A stretch of DNA of 63,907 bases, counting the filler, from Folioceros fuciformis (taxonomy: Eukaryota), in assembly GCA_049999805.1 (NCBI GenBank). It is 9 parts of 9 records of this genome, joined end to end, with 100 filler letters (N's around TTAATTAATTAA, not from the genome) between each part and the next. Parts side by side here need not be neighbours in the genome. Positions count along the whole stretch, not along the records: positions 34,434 to 57,319 come from JBNGIO010002137.1; 8 more parts are not named here. One strand, given 5' to 3'. The notes under the pieces were generated by a model. That model was not told where the DNA came from. It did no database searches and saw nothing but the letters and a program-made list of their open reading frames with translations. Both the position numbers and the translations under genes were made by a program. Positions 37,754-50,604 of the stretch are shown here, one piece after another. Positions within the stretch are counted from its first letter, which is position 1. Each line of letters starts with the position of its first letter.

Positions 37754-39136
37754 GTAAGTCTCACAACACATCTAGACTCGAGGCGTTCAGGTGAAGCCGT
37801 ACTAATCACATCTCACGTGTTCTTACAAGTTTGTGTTAGTGATGCATACGGTTTGAAGTTCTCTCGCGAATTTGGGCTTCTGATGAAGTAGCTTATGTAT
37901 TTCTACGAGTACACTCGGCTTCTTGCACTTGATTTGAAGGTGTTTGAAGATGATCAAATAGCACTCGAACGAGGGGAAGGATCTCATAATTCTTGGTTTG
38001 GGTTTAGGAAATATTGACAAGTCTTAGAATTCACACTCTACAACATGGGTGTCTCTACTACATACACATAAGAATAATATTTATTTTCTTAATATTTTAT
38101 CATATAGAAACAAAATCATTATATTATCCAATATGGCCTATTATCTTTTGTTGAAGGGGGTATCTATGTGCTTGTTTTAGGGGTTATTAATAATATATAG
38201 TAAAAAATAAATATATTATTTATCTAAAATGAAGTACACTATTGAAATCTAGTGCACACATAGGAAGTGTTTTACAATTGTTTTTCTCTACTAGGCATTG
38301 AGCAATTGCTATCTAAACATCTTATGTCCTGCTTTGGGGTCACCCAACGGCGTGCCGGCGATTTGTGACGTGTGAAGTGGGGACTGGCATTCGTGGACCT
38401 GCTCTGTCACTTCACTCTTTCTTTCCTACTGGCGTTGCTTTCGGGGAAAACCCACGGCCTCCGTGTTTTCATTGCAATTGCTTCGGCGGTTCTTCGATGT
38501 AAGGATTGCTGGGACCCAGGGGTTGAGGTCGGTTCTTGATTTTCCGCGGCTTCTAGCTGTATATTATTCGCCACCTTTTTCCCTCTTCCTTCAAGTGTGG
38601 GGTCCGGTTCTTCGATATAAGGATTGCAGGCAGTCGAAGCGTAGCTGTAATGACGAGTGTGTTCGACGAAGTTTCGCAGGTTTGCTTGTGGTGTACTTGT
38701 TTCTTGTGGACGTCGTGACCATTCTGTTTCGATGGTGTAAGGCGGTGTTGGTAGCGGCTTGAGAGGTGGCCGTTTTTGTCGCATACTGCTACGACCAGTA
38801 CGTTCGTTGGAAGAATGAGGTGAAGCAGACAGTTTTGTCTCGTTTGCTCTACGGCAAGGAACTTGACTTTCTCTCGCGGTGGCTCTAGGCCTATTAGTCA
38901 TGTCGGTGGTGTTCAATTTCGTGTTTGTTTGTGAATAGACTGCGCTGGCAAATGGATGGCATGTGTATTCCTCTGTCCTTCCCATCCTGCTTGTTCGTCG
39001 TGTCTTAGGTTGTAGATCGGTGATGAGGTAGGGAGTAAGAGTAAGGATCCATCGTTTTTAGAACCCCTTGTCTGTGATCTTCAGTACTCGGGCTCCAGTA
39101 CATTACCGTTTCAAGTTGACAGTGACTTAGCCAGAC

Positions 39137-41091
39137 ATGGCGGCTTTGGACCTGCACATGCTTTCTAGGTCATCTTTTCCGCCTCCTTTCTCTCGTGGTC
39201 CATGCGGGCTTGCATCATCTAGGCTATTTTTCGCCAGGGGTCAGCAGCCGTCTGTCCTTCCCATTCCGTTCGGGCTGAGGAGGCAGAGAAGATTTGCGGT
39301 ACGCAGAGCATACAACGAGGGCAAAGGAGGTGTTACAGAGTATGGGTACGACCTGTACGAGCTTCTAGGTCTGGACAGCAGTGCGTCACAGAACGAGATT
39401 CGAAGTGCTTATCGGTGGTTGCAAAAGCGTTGTCATCCGGATGTGGTTGGTGAAGCTGGCCATGACATGTCAATTCTTCTCAACGAGGCTTACGCCTTGC
39501 TCTCAGACCCAGATCAGCGGGCTGTCTACGATGACGTATGTGTCTACAAGTGTGCACGCTTTCTGCTTGATGAGACAAAATAAAATAAAATGCTTGTGAA
39601 GCATAACAGTGAAGAGGAGGCAAGAGTTCTCTGATATTGGTTCTGCTGTTGGTGGTCAGATGCGCCGGGATGCTGCCGACTATCATGACTTCACAGGGGA
39701 GCCCCTCTATTCAGTTTGGGCTGGGCCTGTAGACGAACAACGTGCTGTCTTCGTGGACGAGTCTCGTTGCATCGGTTGCCTCAAATGCGCTCTAATTGCT
39801 TCTGACACTTTTTCAATTGAGAATCGGCATGGGCGTGCTCGAGCTGTCAAGCAATGGGGGAATACGGAAACTGATATGAAGGATGCCTGTCGGTCGTGTC
39901 CTGTCGATTGTATATCGTACGAACCCCTCACCATCCAATTCGTCCTCAATTCTTTACTCTCCTGAATGTCCAGCAGAATGTGATTGCTCTTAATCTCGTC
40001 CTTGATAGTTTCTGTCTGCCGATCCTTACTTTGCAGGTGGGTGGATAGAAGCAAGCTACCAGCTTTGGAATATGTGATGTCCAAACAACCACGGGTCCCT
40101 GTAGGCATTGAAGGGCATACCAATGGAGGCGTTAGGTCCGAAAATGTTTTCACAGCTGCTGATAGGTTCATGTCAAGATTTGAAAGGCATAACGGACAGC
40201 AATCCTCAGCCGCGCAGGTGAGCCCCAAAACTCGTGGTTTTGTTCGTGGTTTCAAGCATATGGGGGTCTGTGCACAATTATGTACCTAGATTGTCATGAT
40301 ATCGTGGTCAGGAGACTAGTGCTCAAAGATCGGCAAGGATGGCTGCTGCTGCTGGTATCAGAGCACGTGGTGGCAGATGGTGGCACCACTGGATAGGCAA
40401 GAAACCCATGGCTGAGTTCTTCACCAGCAACTGGAACGCTGAAACGGCTCATTCGCTGAGAGGGGCAATCGTGCATCTCAGCTGGCCAGGTTCAGGCAAA
40501 GCCTCCTTCTCTACCAGTAGGGATTTTAGACCAGAAAGCTTGGGTGCTCTGTATGAGGCAGCAGCTCAGCGCAGACGGCAGGGGGACTCACGTCAGGCAA
40601 ACAGTAAGAACCGCGGTATGGAAGATGAGTACTGGGTGCCACAGCAACACACGGGGTCACACTCTAACAGCACCTCTCGCCCAGATGTTGGTGACAATAC
40701 TGGAAGCAGGGACTCAAAGAGGAACTGGACGGCAAACTCTGAGACTGAGGAGTCCACCGAGGGATTAAAGGGAAAAACTCTGACATGGAACTGGCTCAGT
40801 GATCTGGACAGTGAAGGGAGGGTGGACACCCTGTACAAGTCCTTATTATCAGGCGTGCCTGTGGCTGTGTCCAGCGTAGCCGCTGTGCTTATCGGTATGA
40901 CAAGCGGAACACACCCAGCATTGTCCAAAACTGATATCGTCGGCCCTCTGCCTCCTGAGTTTGCAACAAGTGTTGCAATGCAGATGTTTCTGGCAGCAAC
41001 TGTGTGGTATGTGATTGGTTCGGGTATCAGTGCTGGAATGATGTACGCTACAATACTGATAATTAGGATTAGGGAGAGAGGCTCATTGTAG
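39137..41091 (+). CDS. Chloroplast DnaJ-ferredoxin (4Fe-4S) co-chaperone, DJC76/CDJ3-5-like; exons about 39137-39535, 39660-39916, 40038-40217, 40312-41091
   Basis: Transit-peptide-like N-terminus, J domain with HPD, VFVDESRCIGCLKC...CPVDCI ferredoxin motif, and hydrophobic C-terminal segments. Confidence 0.92.
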
Positions 41092-41221
41092 ACAATGTGG
41101 GATCTATTTGATCATTTTGTTTGTATAAACGTTAATGCTGTATATAATTGGTTCTTTTTTTATCTTTGGAAAAACTATATATTTTATTTGAAAGGAATGG
41201 GATCTCCCATCTACCCGAGGA

Positions 41222-41480
41222 GAGGGCTGAGAGTACGAGCGCATTTGTCTTCATATTGGCCTCTATGAAGACCAGCCCACCTACAAGCGCGTTGGACTCT
41301 ATGAAGACCAGAGGGCTGAGAGTACGAGCGCATTGGCCTCTATGAAGACCAGCCCACCTACAAGCGCATTGGCCTCTATGAAGACCAGAGGGCTGAGAGT
41401 ACAAGCGCATTGGCCTCTATGAAGACCAGAGGGCTGAGAGTACAAGCGCATTGGCCTCTATGAGGACCAGCCCACCTACA
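41222..41480. repeat. Tandem array of a constant 30-bp core with two alternative linkers (units of 41 and 36 bp)
   Basis: Core TACAAGCGCATTGGCCTCTATGAAGACCAG; linkers AGGGCTGAGAG or CCCACC. Confidence 0.93.
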
Positions 41481-41529
41481 GTCCCACTACTTATGGACTA
41501 GCTTCCGTGGGAACAAATAGCCTTCTCCT

Positions 41530-41730
41530 AACTAGCCTCCATAATACCAGCCCATCAAAGGTTTTCAAGGTTCTCATAACTAGCCTCTCTAAGGTTGTTA
41601 TATTCAAGGTTCTCATTACTAGCCTCTCTAAGTTTGTTATATTCAAGGGTCTCATAACTAGCCTCTCTAAGGTTGTTATATTCAAGGTTCCCATAACTAG
41701 CGTCTCTAAGGTTGTTATAACTAGCCTCCA
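41530..41730. repeat. 39-bp tandem repeat, about 4 copies
   Basis: CTAGCCTCTCTAAGGTTGTTATATTCAAGGTTCTCATAA. Confidence 0.93.
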
Positions 41731-41754
41731 CGAATACTAGGGGCATCTTTTAGA

Positions 41755-43300
41755 GGGGCGTACTTGGGAATGTTGTTTGTTGTGAATCCTTTCATCGTCT
41801 AGCATCGATGGTTGTCCTTCTATCCTATAGCACAGAGGATGTTCCTTTTGACCTCTAGCAAGAAGGGTTGGGGCGTACTTGATAACCTTGTTTGTTGTCA
41901 TCCTGTCACCATGTAGCTAGGGGGGTTGTGGAGTACTTGTGAACCTTGCTTGTTGCGCACCCTAAACCCACATAGCATGAAGGTTGGGCATACTTGTGAA
42001 CCTTGCTTATTGTGCATTTTGCCACCATGCAACCTAGAGGGTTGGGGAGTACTTGTGAACCTTGCTTGGGGAGTACTTGTGAACCTTGCTTGTTGTGCAT
42101 CTCGTGAACCTTGCTTATTGTGCATTTTGCCACCATGCAACCTAGAGGGTTGGGGAGTACTTGTGAACCTTGCTTGTTGTGCATCTCGCTACCACCTAGC
42201 GCAAAGGTTGGGCATACTTGTGAACTTGGCTTGTTACGCATCCTGCTACCACCTAGTGTAGGGTGGGGCATACTTATGAACTTGCTTGTTGCGCTAAATG
42301 CTTTTGCCTAGCCTCAAACGATGGAGCATACTTGTGATTTTCCGCATTCTTTTACTACCCAACCTGGAGAGTTGAGGTGTACTTGTGAACCTTGCTTATT
42401 CCATATTCCTCTGCAGCCTAGCGTGATGGGTTGGGGCATACTTGTGAACTTGGATTGTTGTGCAAACCGTTGTTCTCTAGCCTGAGCAGTTGGAGGATAC
42501 TTGTGAACCTTGCCTGTTCCGCATTCCTCTATTGCCAAACTTGGAGAGTTGGTGTGTACTCATGAACCTTTGTGTACTTATGAACCTTTCTTGTTTTTCC
42601 TCTAGTGTCTAGGCTAGAGAGTTTGGGAGTACTTGTAAAACCTTGTTTGTTCCGGATTCCTCTACTGCCCAAGGCTAGAGAGTTTGGGAGTACTTGTAAA
42701 ACCTTGTTTGTTCCGGATTCCTCTACTGCCCAAGGCTAGAGAGTTGGGGAGTACTTGTAAAACCTTGTTTGTTCCGGATTCCTCTGCTGCCCAAGGCTAG
42801 AGAGTTAGGGAGTACTTGCAAAACCTTGTTTGTTCCGGATTCCTCTTCTGCCCAAGGCTAGAGAGTTAGGGAGTACTTGCAAAACCTTGTTTGTTCCGGA
42901 TTCCTCTATTGCCCAAGGCTAGAGAGTTGGCGAGTAGTTGCAAAACCTTGCTTGTTCCGGAATCCTCTACTGCCCAAGGCTAGAGAGTTGGGGAGTACTT
43001 GTAAAACCTTGTTTGTTCCGGATTCCTCTACCGCCCAAGGCTAGAGAGTTAAAACCTTGTTTGTTCCGGATTCCTCTACTGCCCAAGGCTAGAGAGTTAG
43101 GGAGTACTTGCAAAACCTTGTTTGTTCCGGATTCCTCTACTGCCCAAGGCTAGAGAGTTGGGGAGTACTTGTAAAACCTTGTTTGTTCTGGATTCCTCTA
43201 CTGCCCAAGGCTAGATTGTTCCGGATTCTAGATTTAGTTGGGGCTTACTTGTGAACCTTACTTATTGTGCATCCTTTGCATCCCTCCGCCTAAACCTGAA
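41755..43300. repeat. ~55-61-bp satellite: diverged units (41755-42610, 43240-43300) around a homogenised 61-bp sub-array (42611-43215, about 10 units)
   Basis: Conserved core TACTTGTGAACCTTGCTTGTT. The 61-mer AGGCTAGAGAGTTGGGGAGTACTTGTAAAACCTTGTTTGTTCCGGATTCCTCTACTGCCCA starts at 42611, 42672, 42733 and onward; one unit has a 13-bp deletion. Confidence 0.95.
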
Positions 43301-45982
43301 GGTTGATTATATCGTGTTTAGAGCATTTGTAATGACCACATCCATCCATCCCATTATGTGCAGTTGTTCTCAACAAGGGTGAACACCCATATTCTTCCGT
43401 CATCGAGAACTGCCCTAAAAGAGCTGTGCACGTCTTACACACAGGCTTCGAGCCAAAGAGAACGTCGACACAGCATTCTCAGGAAAAGAATGGATAAAGA
43501 ATAACACTGTTCATAATCAAGCCCTACACAGCCTGTGCCATTTGTGACTGGTTTCTAAGTGATTCCGAACACACTAAAACACTATCGTCCCGTCACACTG
43601 TGCTGAGAAGATTGCTCGTGATGCATTAAATCTTGCGCGTATCCGCACAGTTTCCAAACCGCCACCTCCATTTGCAAATCTGCACCACAGACAGGCAATG
43701 CCAGCGTCTTTCCATCGGTCATGGTAAGGGACTGCAGATAAGCTTCGATCCGTTCGATGCACTAGTTGCACGCTGAGTTCAGTTTAGGGTGGAAGGAAAA
43801 TTTTACGCACTATCTCCATCTCCAAAGCGGTCAGGGCGATCTTGCATCCTTGACACGAAACTTGATTGCAAGATGAGATTTTGCACATACCTTGTTGATG
43901 CAGGAGATGGTTAAGACCGATAACTTCCGCCAAACTTGACTCGCCTTCAGGAACCACAGATGGAACGCTAGAAAACGAGACGGCTCGGCTGCCGTCTGTG
44001 CCTTCACAGAGGAAAGCAGATGGGACTGTGCAAAGCGGCCCTTACCTCCAATTCAGCCGCCTTGTCAACTGAGAATTCAAAGTCTACGAGCGGACGTGCA
44101 GGATGGAATGGTAAGAGCTAAGAAGGCAGCAACCAGTTGCAAGCCACTGTTTTCCTTCATCGCTGCCTCTGCCAGACTTGCGAAAGGCGGTGTGATCTGG
44201 ATCCAGGTGGATCTAGTCCACGTATCCCCATGTGACTTGTGGCTAGTTACTGCTCTTCTCAGATCAAACCAGCTCCTCCCTGAGCCTCTCGACCGCGCCA
44301 GATCTGCAGCATGGACATCGTTGGACAGGAGGCTACGAATGAGCACTTGAAGTTCATTCTGGACTCAGCTTACAAAGCTACGCTCTTTTCTGCTCTCCTC
44401 GCCTCACCGTCAGTATGCTTATGAAGGCAGGATGAAATTGCTTGCGAATCCTTGCTGCAAGGAAATCTTAGGCTGGTCCGGCCCAGAGGCGCGCACAGGC
44501 AGTCTCATCATCAGTGCTGTTTTGGACTGTTCCGTGGGAGTCAGATCTCGTTTCTTACCCAACTACCCAGTCTGGCAGGGCAGGCTGCCTACAAACTCCC
44601 CTCCATATGCATGCAGCCATGATCTGTCTGTCCACAAGTCCCGTCCTGTGGCTCACAATCGGGCAGCGATGTGCAGATCACATGATGATAGCTAGCCTGT
44701 CTGCCGCTGCACTTTCCACAACCGGAGTTAAAAATTACAGCAATGGTCCAAACCGCGAACGCAAAATGAGATTCCCTGTCTTCATCCTTACAATGCATGC
44801 TGCTACTGCGCTCTGCAGGCCTAGGGGCTGGCCAAAGCTCATGAGCAGTTGCTCTGCATCCTTCTCCTGCGCCAATCGAAGGAGGCCCGGCCCGGCCGCT
44901 GGAATCTCCATCTCTCGACTGTGTCCGCGAATCTTTTCTTATTCCTCTCTTTCTAATCCCCGGCTCCGTCCTGGCGCCCCAGCCTGATTCATCAACATCG
45001 AGTGCATATGTACCGGGAAACAGTAAGATTCGGGGCCGAAAGGACTCACCGGCCTAGCATTCCGCAGGCCGTTGTGCGACGCCTACCGCTCTCTTTTCTT
45101 CTCCTCTCCTCTCTCTGACGCACACGAACCCATCAGCCGGGCAATGCCCACGGATGATACTGCCTCGCACACTCTGATCGGCCTCGCCGCGTGCTCACAT
45201 CTTCTCCGTGACGTGCACACTTGCCAAATCGAGAGGGGGACAATGGATCTCCCAGCCTCACACACACAGAGCATGTGTTACACAATTGACTCGGGTCGGT
45301 CCTACCAGTTTCTTCTGCTGCTCTCAGAAGAACTCTCTTCTTCTCTTTTCCTCCATTATTTTTCTGAATACTGCACTTGAGGGCTCGCAGAAAATGCATG
45401 GGACCCGGAGTACCTACCTCCTCAGAGAATTGACGTAATGCAGCGTGTACATACGTTAAACACGTGCCATCTTGAACTTGTCGATGGAACATGAAGGATA
45501 GGACAACAGGAAGTCACATGCAAGGGAAAACCAAGTCAGGGAGGAATGTGACAACAGCTGGCATCCCTTAACAGGTCACAGAGCATGGCTTAATAAACAA
45601 TGGAGCCTCTGACAAACGTATCCGAGTGCAACTCCGCGGCGCACTCTGAACGTGGAGTCACGGAGACTATGCGTGAGAGTGGCAACTTCAGGCAAAAGCC
45701 ACTCTGACCACACGCCACAGTGAAAAGGTCGCGGTGCCGACAGACCCTTCACAGGGAAATACGTGCGCAGCAAGCGTCTTGAGCCAATCAGCCCTCTCAG
45801 ACCATGCAAGCCACCTATCTGTTTACAGCAGCTGACAGGCTTTAAAAGTGCTCCAACTGCGATCAACAAACCCTATCCAGTCCTGACACCCAGGTGTGAA
45901 GCACTGACCTTTCAACTGCATCCCGTCGGCAGGAGAGCCAAGACCCAGCCCCATTGTGCAACTGCAATGAAACTTGCACAGG

Positions 45983-48900
45983 TCACGCAGCCTCTTCAGG
46001 TTTCTTTCGTTTCTTCCTTTTTTGCAGGCTCTGAAGAGATCGTGCGTCCTTTACACTGGCAAGCTTGGCTCTCACTTCCTGCAGCTTGGAACTAGCATCT
46101 TGGAACGGCGCCTCAGACCTTTCGGCCAGCAGTTGCTGCAATCCATACACCACACTGTATCGTAAGCACACAGACAGACTCAGCTTGATCTCAGTTCCTT
46201 TCTTAGGAATTCGAAGGAGTATGGAGCTGACACGGCAATGTAAAAACCCACGATGCACCTTAAGATGTCCCATAGCAGCAAGATTGAAGCCAAGGATGTC
46301 CTTAAGACCCTGAAAGTGCAAACAAAGAGTTGCTTAACTAAGCTGCCAGGAAAGGACGGACATAAACCTAAACAAAGAAAAGGTCCTTACCTGTACACCC
46401 TGGTGAATATCTCTTTGCAGAGTAGTCAAGAGAGGACGGGCAGCAGCGGTTGAAGTAAGTTGGTCATGATGAAGACGCAGCAACAAGGTCGTTACTCGGC
46501 ACACGAGTTCCACCTATGTATCCATAGAAAATGAGAACATGCTCAATGCTCAATCAATACACAGGGGGGCGCAGAGTAGCACACATCAACACGAGAGTAA
46601 ATCACCTGATTTCCATCCGTGAGCCAATCCTTCAGATGTCCCATGAGCTTCAGGACATCAGTGAAGGGTAAAGTCTGCATTACAAACAAAACATAAGCAA
46701 GAGACACAACAGCGAAGATCAAGCCTAGAAACTTCGCCAGCGATGAAATCAACCCCCACAGATAGTATGAACCACGAGGAGCGACATGTACCAAGAGAGC
46801 TTGTTCCAGATCACTTGGCCGGACAGCTGATACTGTGCGAAGGACATGGAAGGACGGTGAGTAGCCTAGCAGCATAGGATTCGGCTGAAAAGGGACCCCT
46901 TTGCCGTCTTTCGCCTTTCCTTTCTACAACCCGGTACAATCTGAGGTCAGAACCTTCCGGATGCCATGCTACCGACACAATGACAAGAGAAGCATAACTT
47001 CAGGTGCATAAAAGCGAATATGACTTGTCAAATGGTCAAACCTGTGTTTCCTTCGACCGTTCTAATTCAACTTCAGCTAAGTCCAAAGCCTCAATAATGG
47101 AGTCCACAGCCCTTGAGGTTTCCTTTGATTTCTGACCAACAACACTTGCAGCGCCTTCCTCTGTCAGCTCCCCAGGACGACGTTGATCTCTAGCCTCATC
47201 TTGTTCAGATTCAAACAGAGTCTCTAGTCTCTTCTCCTTCTCTTCCTGCAAGGAGAATTTGAAAGACATACTGGGTTATGATACAGACGGCAATTCTCAT
47301 TCAAACATCCCTCATCTTTCTACCACCAGGTTCTACTAGCAGCGAGCAATCCTACCGGACATTTGACATACGTAAGCAACCATAAGCAACTACAAGACAC
47401 AGGCACAGAAATGGGAGACATACAAGACAGCCTCACCTCAAGGAAAAAGGGTTCCTCGGTGCGGTTCCATCTGCGAATTGACCTGTCATGTGACCCCGTG
47501 ACAAGAAAGTCGCCATAAGTGCTCACAGCCAAGGACCACACTTCTGCATGATGTCCGCCTAAAGTCAGCAGCAATTCGAACTTGTCGGCATCCCAATATT
47601 TCAGTAGGCGGTCTTTACTGACGCTGAAGAAGTAATGGGTGTTTCGAACAAACTGAATTCCTACAACACTGAAACAGATGATCAACAACAATGTCAGTCA
47701 TGGTAGGTTCCTGAACAGAGTCATCCGCCCGTTTCATTAAGATAAAACCGGTCACAATCTGGAGCTTGCAAGTGGGACGGGCAGAATAACTTCCTTACTA
47801 GTCAGTGTGCGCAAATAGGGACTTGTGCAAATCTCCGAAATCCATTCCCCAAACCTTTACATTCTTGTCTGCAGAGCCACTTGCAAGTAGTGTTGCATCG
47901 GAGGAGATGTCCATGCAAAGAACAGGAAGCTTATGTCCATACAACTGGAATACAAATTTGAATGAGTCTGCAAGAAAGACCTGCAAGTGAAGAGAAGTTC
48001 AGGTAATGCACACCACAACCGGGTTTGCAAAAACGCTCCACCATCTGCTCTGTCCCAAAACAGTCAATGAAACCGGCTCAACACTTGCCCTAATTAGAGA
48101 GTCTTGTTGAGCGACAGCCAGAAACTTTCCATCTGGACTGAACCTTACGCACAGCACATCACTTTCTTGCATATCAATCCCACCAACAGGTTTGATAGAA
48201 AGATGCTTCACTGTCTGCAATACAAGATACTCACAACCACAGTGTCAGATGGATTTCATGGAGAAAAAGACGAATACTCCTGCAGAGTGTGTGGCGTATG
48301 ATATATAACAACAATGATCACCGCAAGAGATAACATCAGACCTCGTTTTTGTCCTGTACCATGTCATATTCCCAAAGTTTCACTTGCTTGTCGCTACTAC
48401 CACTAGCAAATCCTGACCCATCGGGTCTTGACGTTATCGACCATATAGCAGCACTATGAGCACTGATTTTCTTGATGCATTGGGCTGCATTTATATCAAA
48501 TAGCTGTATTGTCCCTTCTTTGGTCCCAATAACAACATGTTTATCTCCTGGGACAAAAAGTCCAGTGACAGCATAGCCAGAATCCATGGTTCGAATACAC
48601 TCGTACGTATGTGGATTCCAAATCTTCACAAGATTATGACTTGTTGTCATCAGATAGCTACCATTTGTACTGAGGACCACGGCTCGAATAGTTGTCCTGT
48701 GACCCGGCAGCTCAATCACATGTGTGCGAGACGCTGAAACGGGTTGAAGGTCATAAACTTCTAGACTATTATTGTGCAGAGAAAGAGAAATGGTCCCGAT
48801 GATCCCCTTTCTAGATGGGACAGGTGAGAAAGCAAATGATCGGATTTTCTGCTTGGACCGAAACACCTGTAACAACTCAAACTCATCTGCAGCTGAGATC

Positions 48901-50114
48901 TCTAGAGTCTCACAAGATACCGCCTTCTCTTCATGGACCTCATGCTCTGCTGCACCGGACCCAGTCTTCACCTTAGCAGCTCTCTCTTGTTTCCTCTTCT
49001 TCCTGCGCTTTGCCTTCTTCAAAGCTTCAGACCTGTCCCTCAGCTTGTATATTTCCACAGACTTACCCGCCTCTTGACAACCTAGGAGGGATCCAGCTAC
49101 ATTGAACCGCACCGTAATAACACGTTCAGAACTCTGCCGTTTAATGGTACCGAGAGGCCGTAGCACGTCCCACCTTATTGGTCTGGACTGCTTCCCATTC
49201 TCAGATGACTCTCCATTGACTCGCTCTTCAGCATCGTCACTTTCGTCAGTGATGGAGTACACACGGAGGTCTGGGTCTACTGAGCCAGTGACCAGATGAT
49301 TCTCTAATGGATCTGCATCAAGAGACCATACTTCTCCATGGTGGTCGACAATAGTCTGGATGCAGTGCTGCGTGTCTAAGTCCCAGACACGAACAAAGGT
49401 GTCTTTCGAGCAACTCACTAGCCTTCTTCCTTTCTCCAAAAACAGTACGTCGCATACCTGTGAAATCACTCATAGTACCGATTGACCACATTTCACGAAG
49501 TATGTTAATTTGCAGGGCAGACTAACGACCATCGCAGACAAGGCAGAGGCGGGCAGTAAGTTGAAAAACCTGATCACGGTGGCCGCGAAGTCGAACCAAT
49601 CCTGCCTCAGCCACAGCATCCCAGACAATAATGTCGGTGTCTTTGCTGCCTGATGCCATCAGGGAGCCAGTTATGTTGTAGCGCAGGGAAGTGACTGCTG
49701 ACTTGTGCCCAGAGAGAGTGGTCTCCGATGTGCCCTTGACGATGTCCCAAATCCTGATAGAGCCATCACTATAGCCCACAGCCACCTTACAAAAACATAA
49801 CAGGAATCCATCAGCAGATCCAGGTTTGGCACAGAAGCCAGGTTCAGTCAATCCTCACCCAAAAAACTTACCAGAGAATCCGCGGACGGCATGCAGGCTA
49901 TAGAGGTGACCGCAGGGAGAGCAGCTCCAGAGCCCGACCCAGCGGGAGATAATTTGTGCACACATTTGCCCTGCCGCACATTCCACACTTCAAACTGCTC
50001 CAAAGCTCCCACAAGCAGGAGTTTTCCTGTATTGTCGTAGCAAACGTTGGAGTCCTGAGAGACCACCACACCGAAAGCGGCTTCATGCTCGTACCTCAGG
50101 TAGGCCTTCACCAT
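45983..50114 (-). CDS. WDR3: WD-repeat U3 snoRNA-associated protein 12 (UTP12/DIP2/WDR3), multi-exon
   Basis: MVKAYLRYE start, WD40 exons ([37 protein letters not shown]), Utp12 domain ([19 protein letters not shown]), basic C-terminus. Confidence 0.95.
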
Positions 50115-50604
50115 GGCCACCAAGCTTCTAAGGAGTTTGCCTCACACTAAATTACTTATATCGACACAACTTCCAATTCCAGCTCGGTACGCTGCCTTTG
50201 ATCCTTAAACCCTTCAACAGCCCTTAGGTCAGAAAGGGCTCCTGCAGCTCCGACGGCAAGGCGGACTCCCTTCAAAATCTCCTCAAGCAGAAGAGACCAA
50301 CAGACCAAAGGCGACGTCTTTCTCGGACATCAGGTGGGCTTTCACGATGATTCCCGTGTCGCTGGGAAATATAAATGCACAAATGCATAGATAGGCATAA
50401 TGCTTCCTTCACCGTGCTTATCCATGCGTGTATAGTCATCTATGTTGTGTCCCAAGCGACTTGCGGCTGTCGTCGTGCTACTTTGAGGCTTTCCTTTACA
50501 GTACCTATAGATGCATATATCCAGAGTAAAGTGTGGTACTTTGTATGAGAGCCTTACAGGCCCTTACACCCTTCACAGCCTTTAGGTCACCAAGTCGGCA
50601 GTCG

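Noticed and set aside
38407-38985. 192-aa minus-strand ORF
   Set aside because: Low-complexity, disordered-looking sequence with no recognisable domain; coding status cannot be supported.
41491-43153. Repetitive ORFs (LEYNNLREASYEN, HNKQGSQV, KPCLFRIPL)
   Set aside because: These are by-products of tandem repeats; the 61-bp and mixed unit lengths break frame.
41222-43300. CRISPR array
   Set aside because: Linkers are reused or mutually related, repeats are degenerate, no cas genes are present, and the context is eukaryotic.
47798-47800. Apparent premature stop in UTP12 (GAC TAG)
   Set aside because: TA|GTAAG is a splice donor; splicing gives TAT (Tyr) and an open frame.
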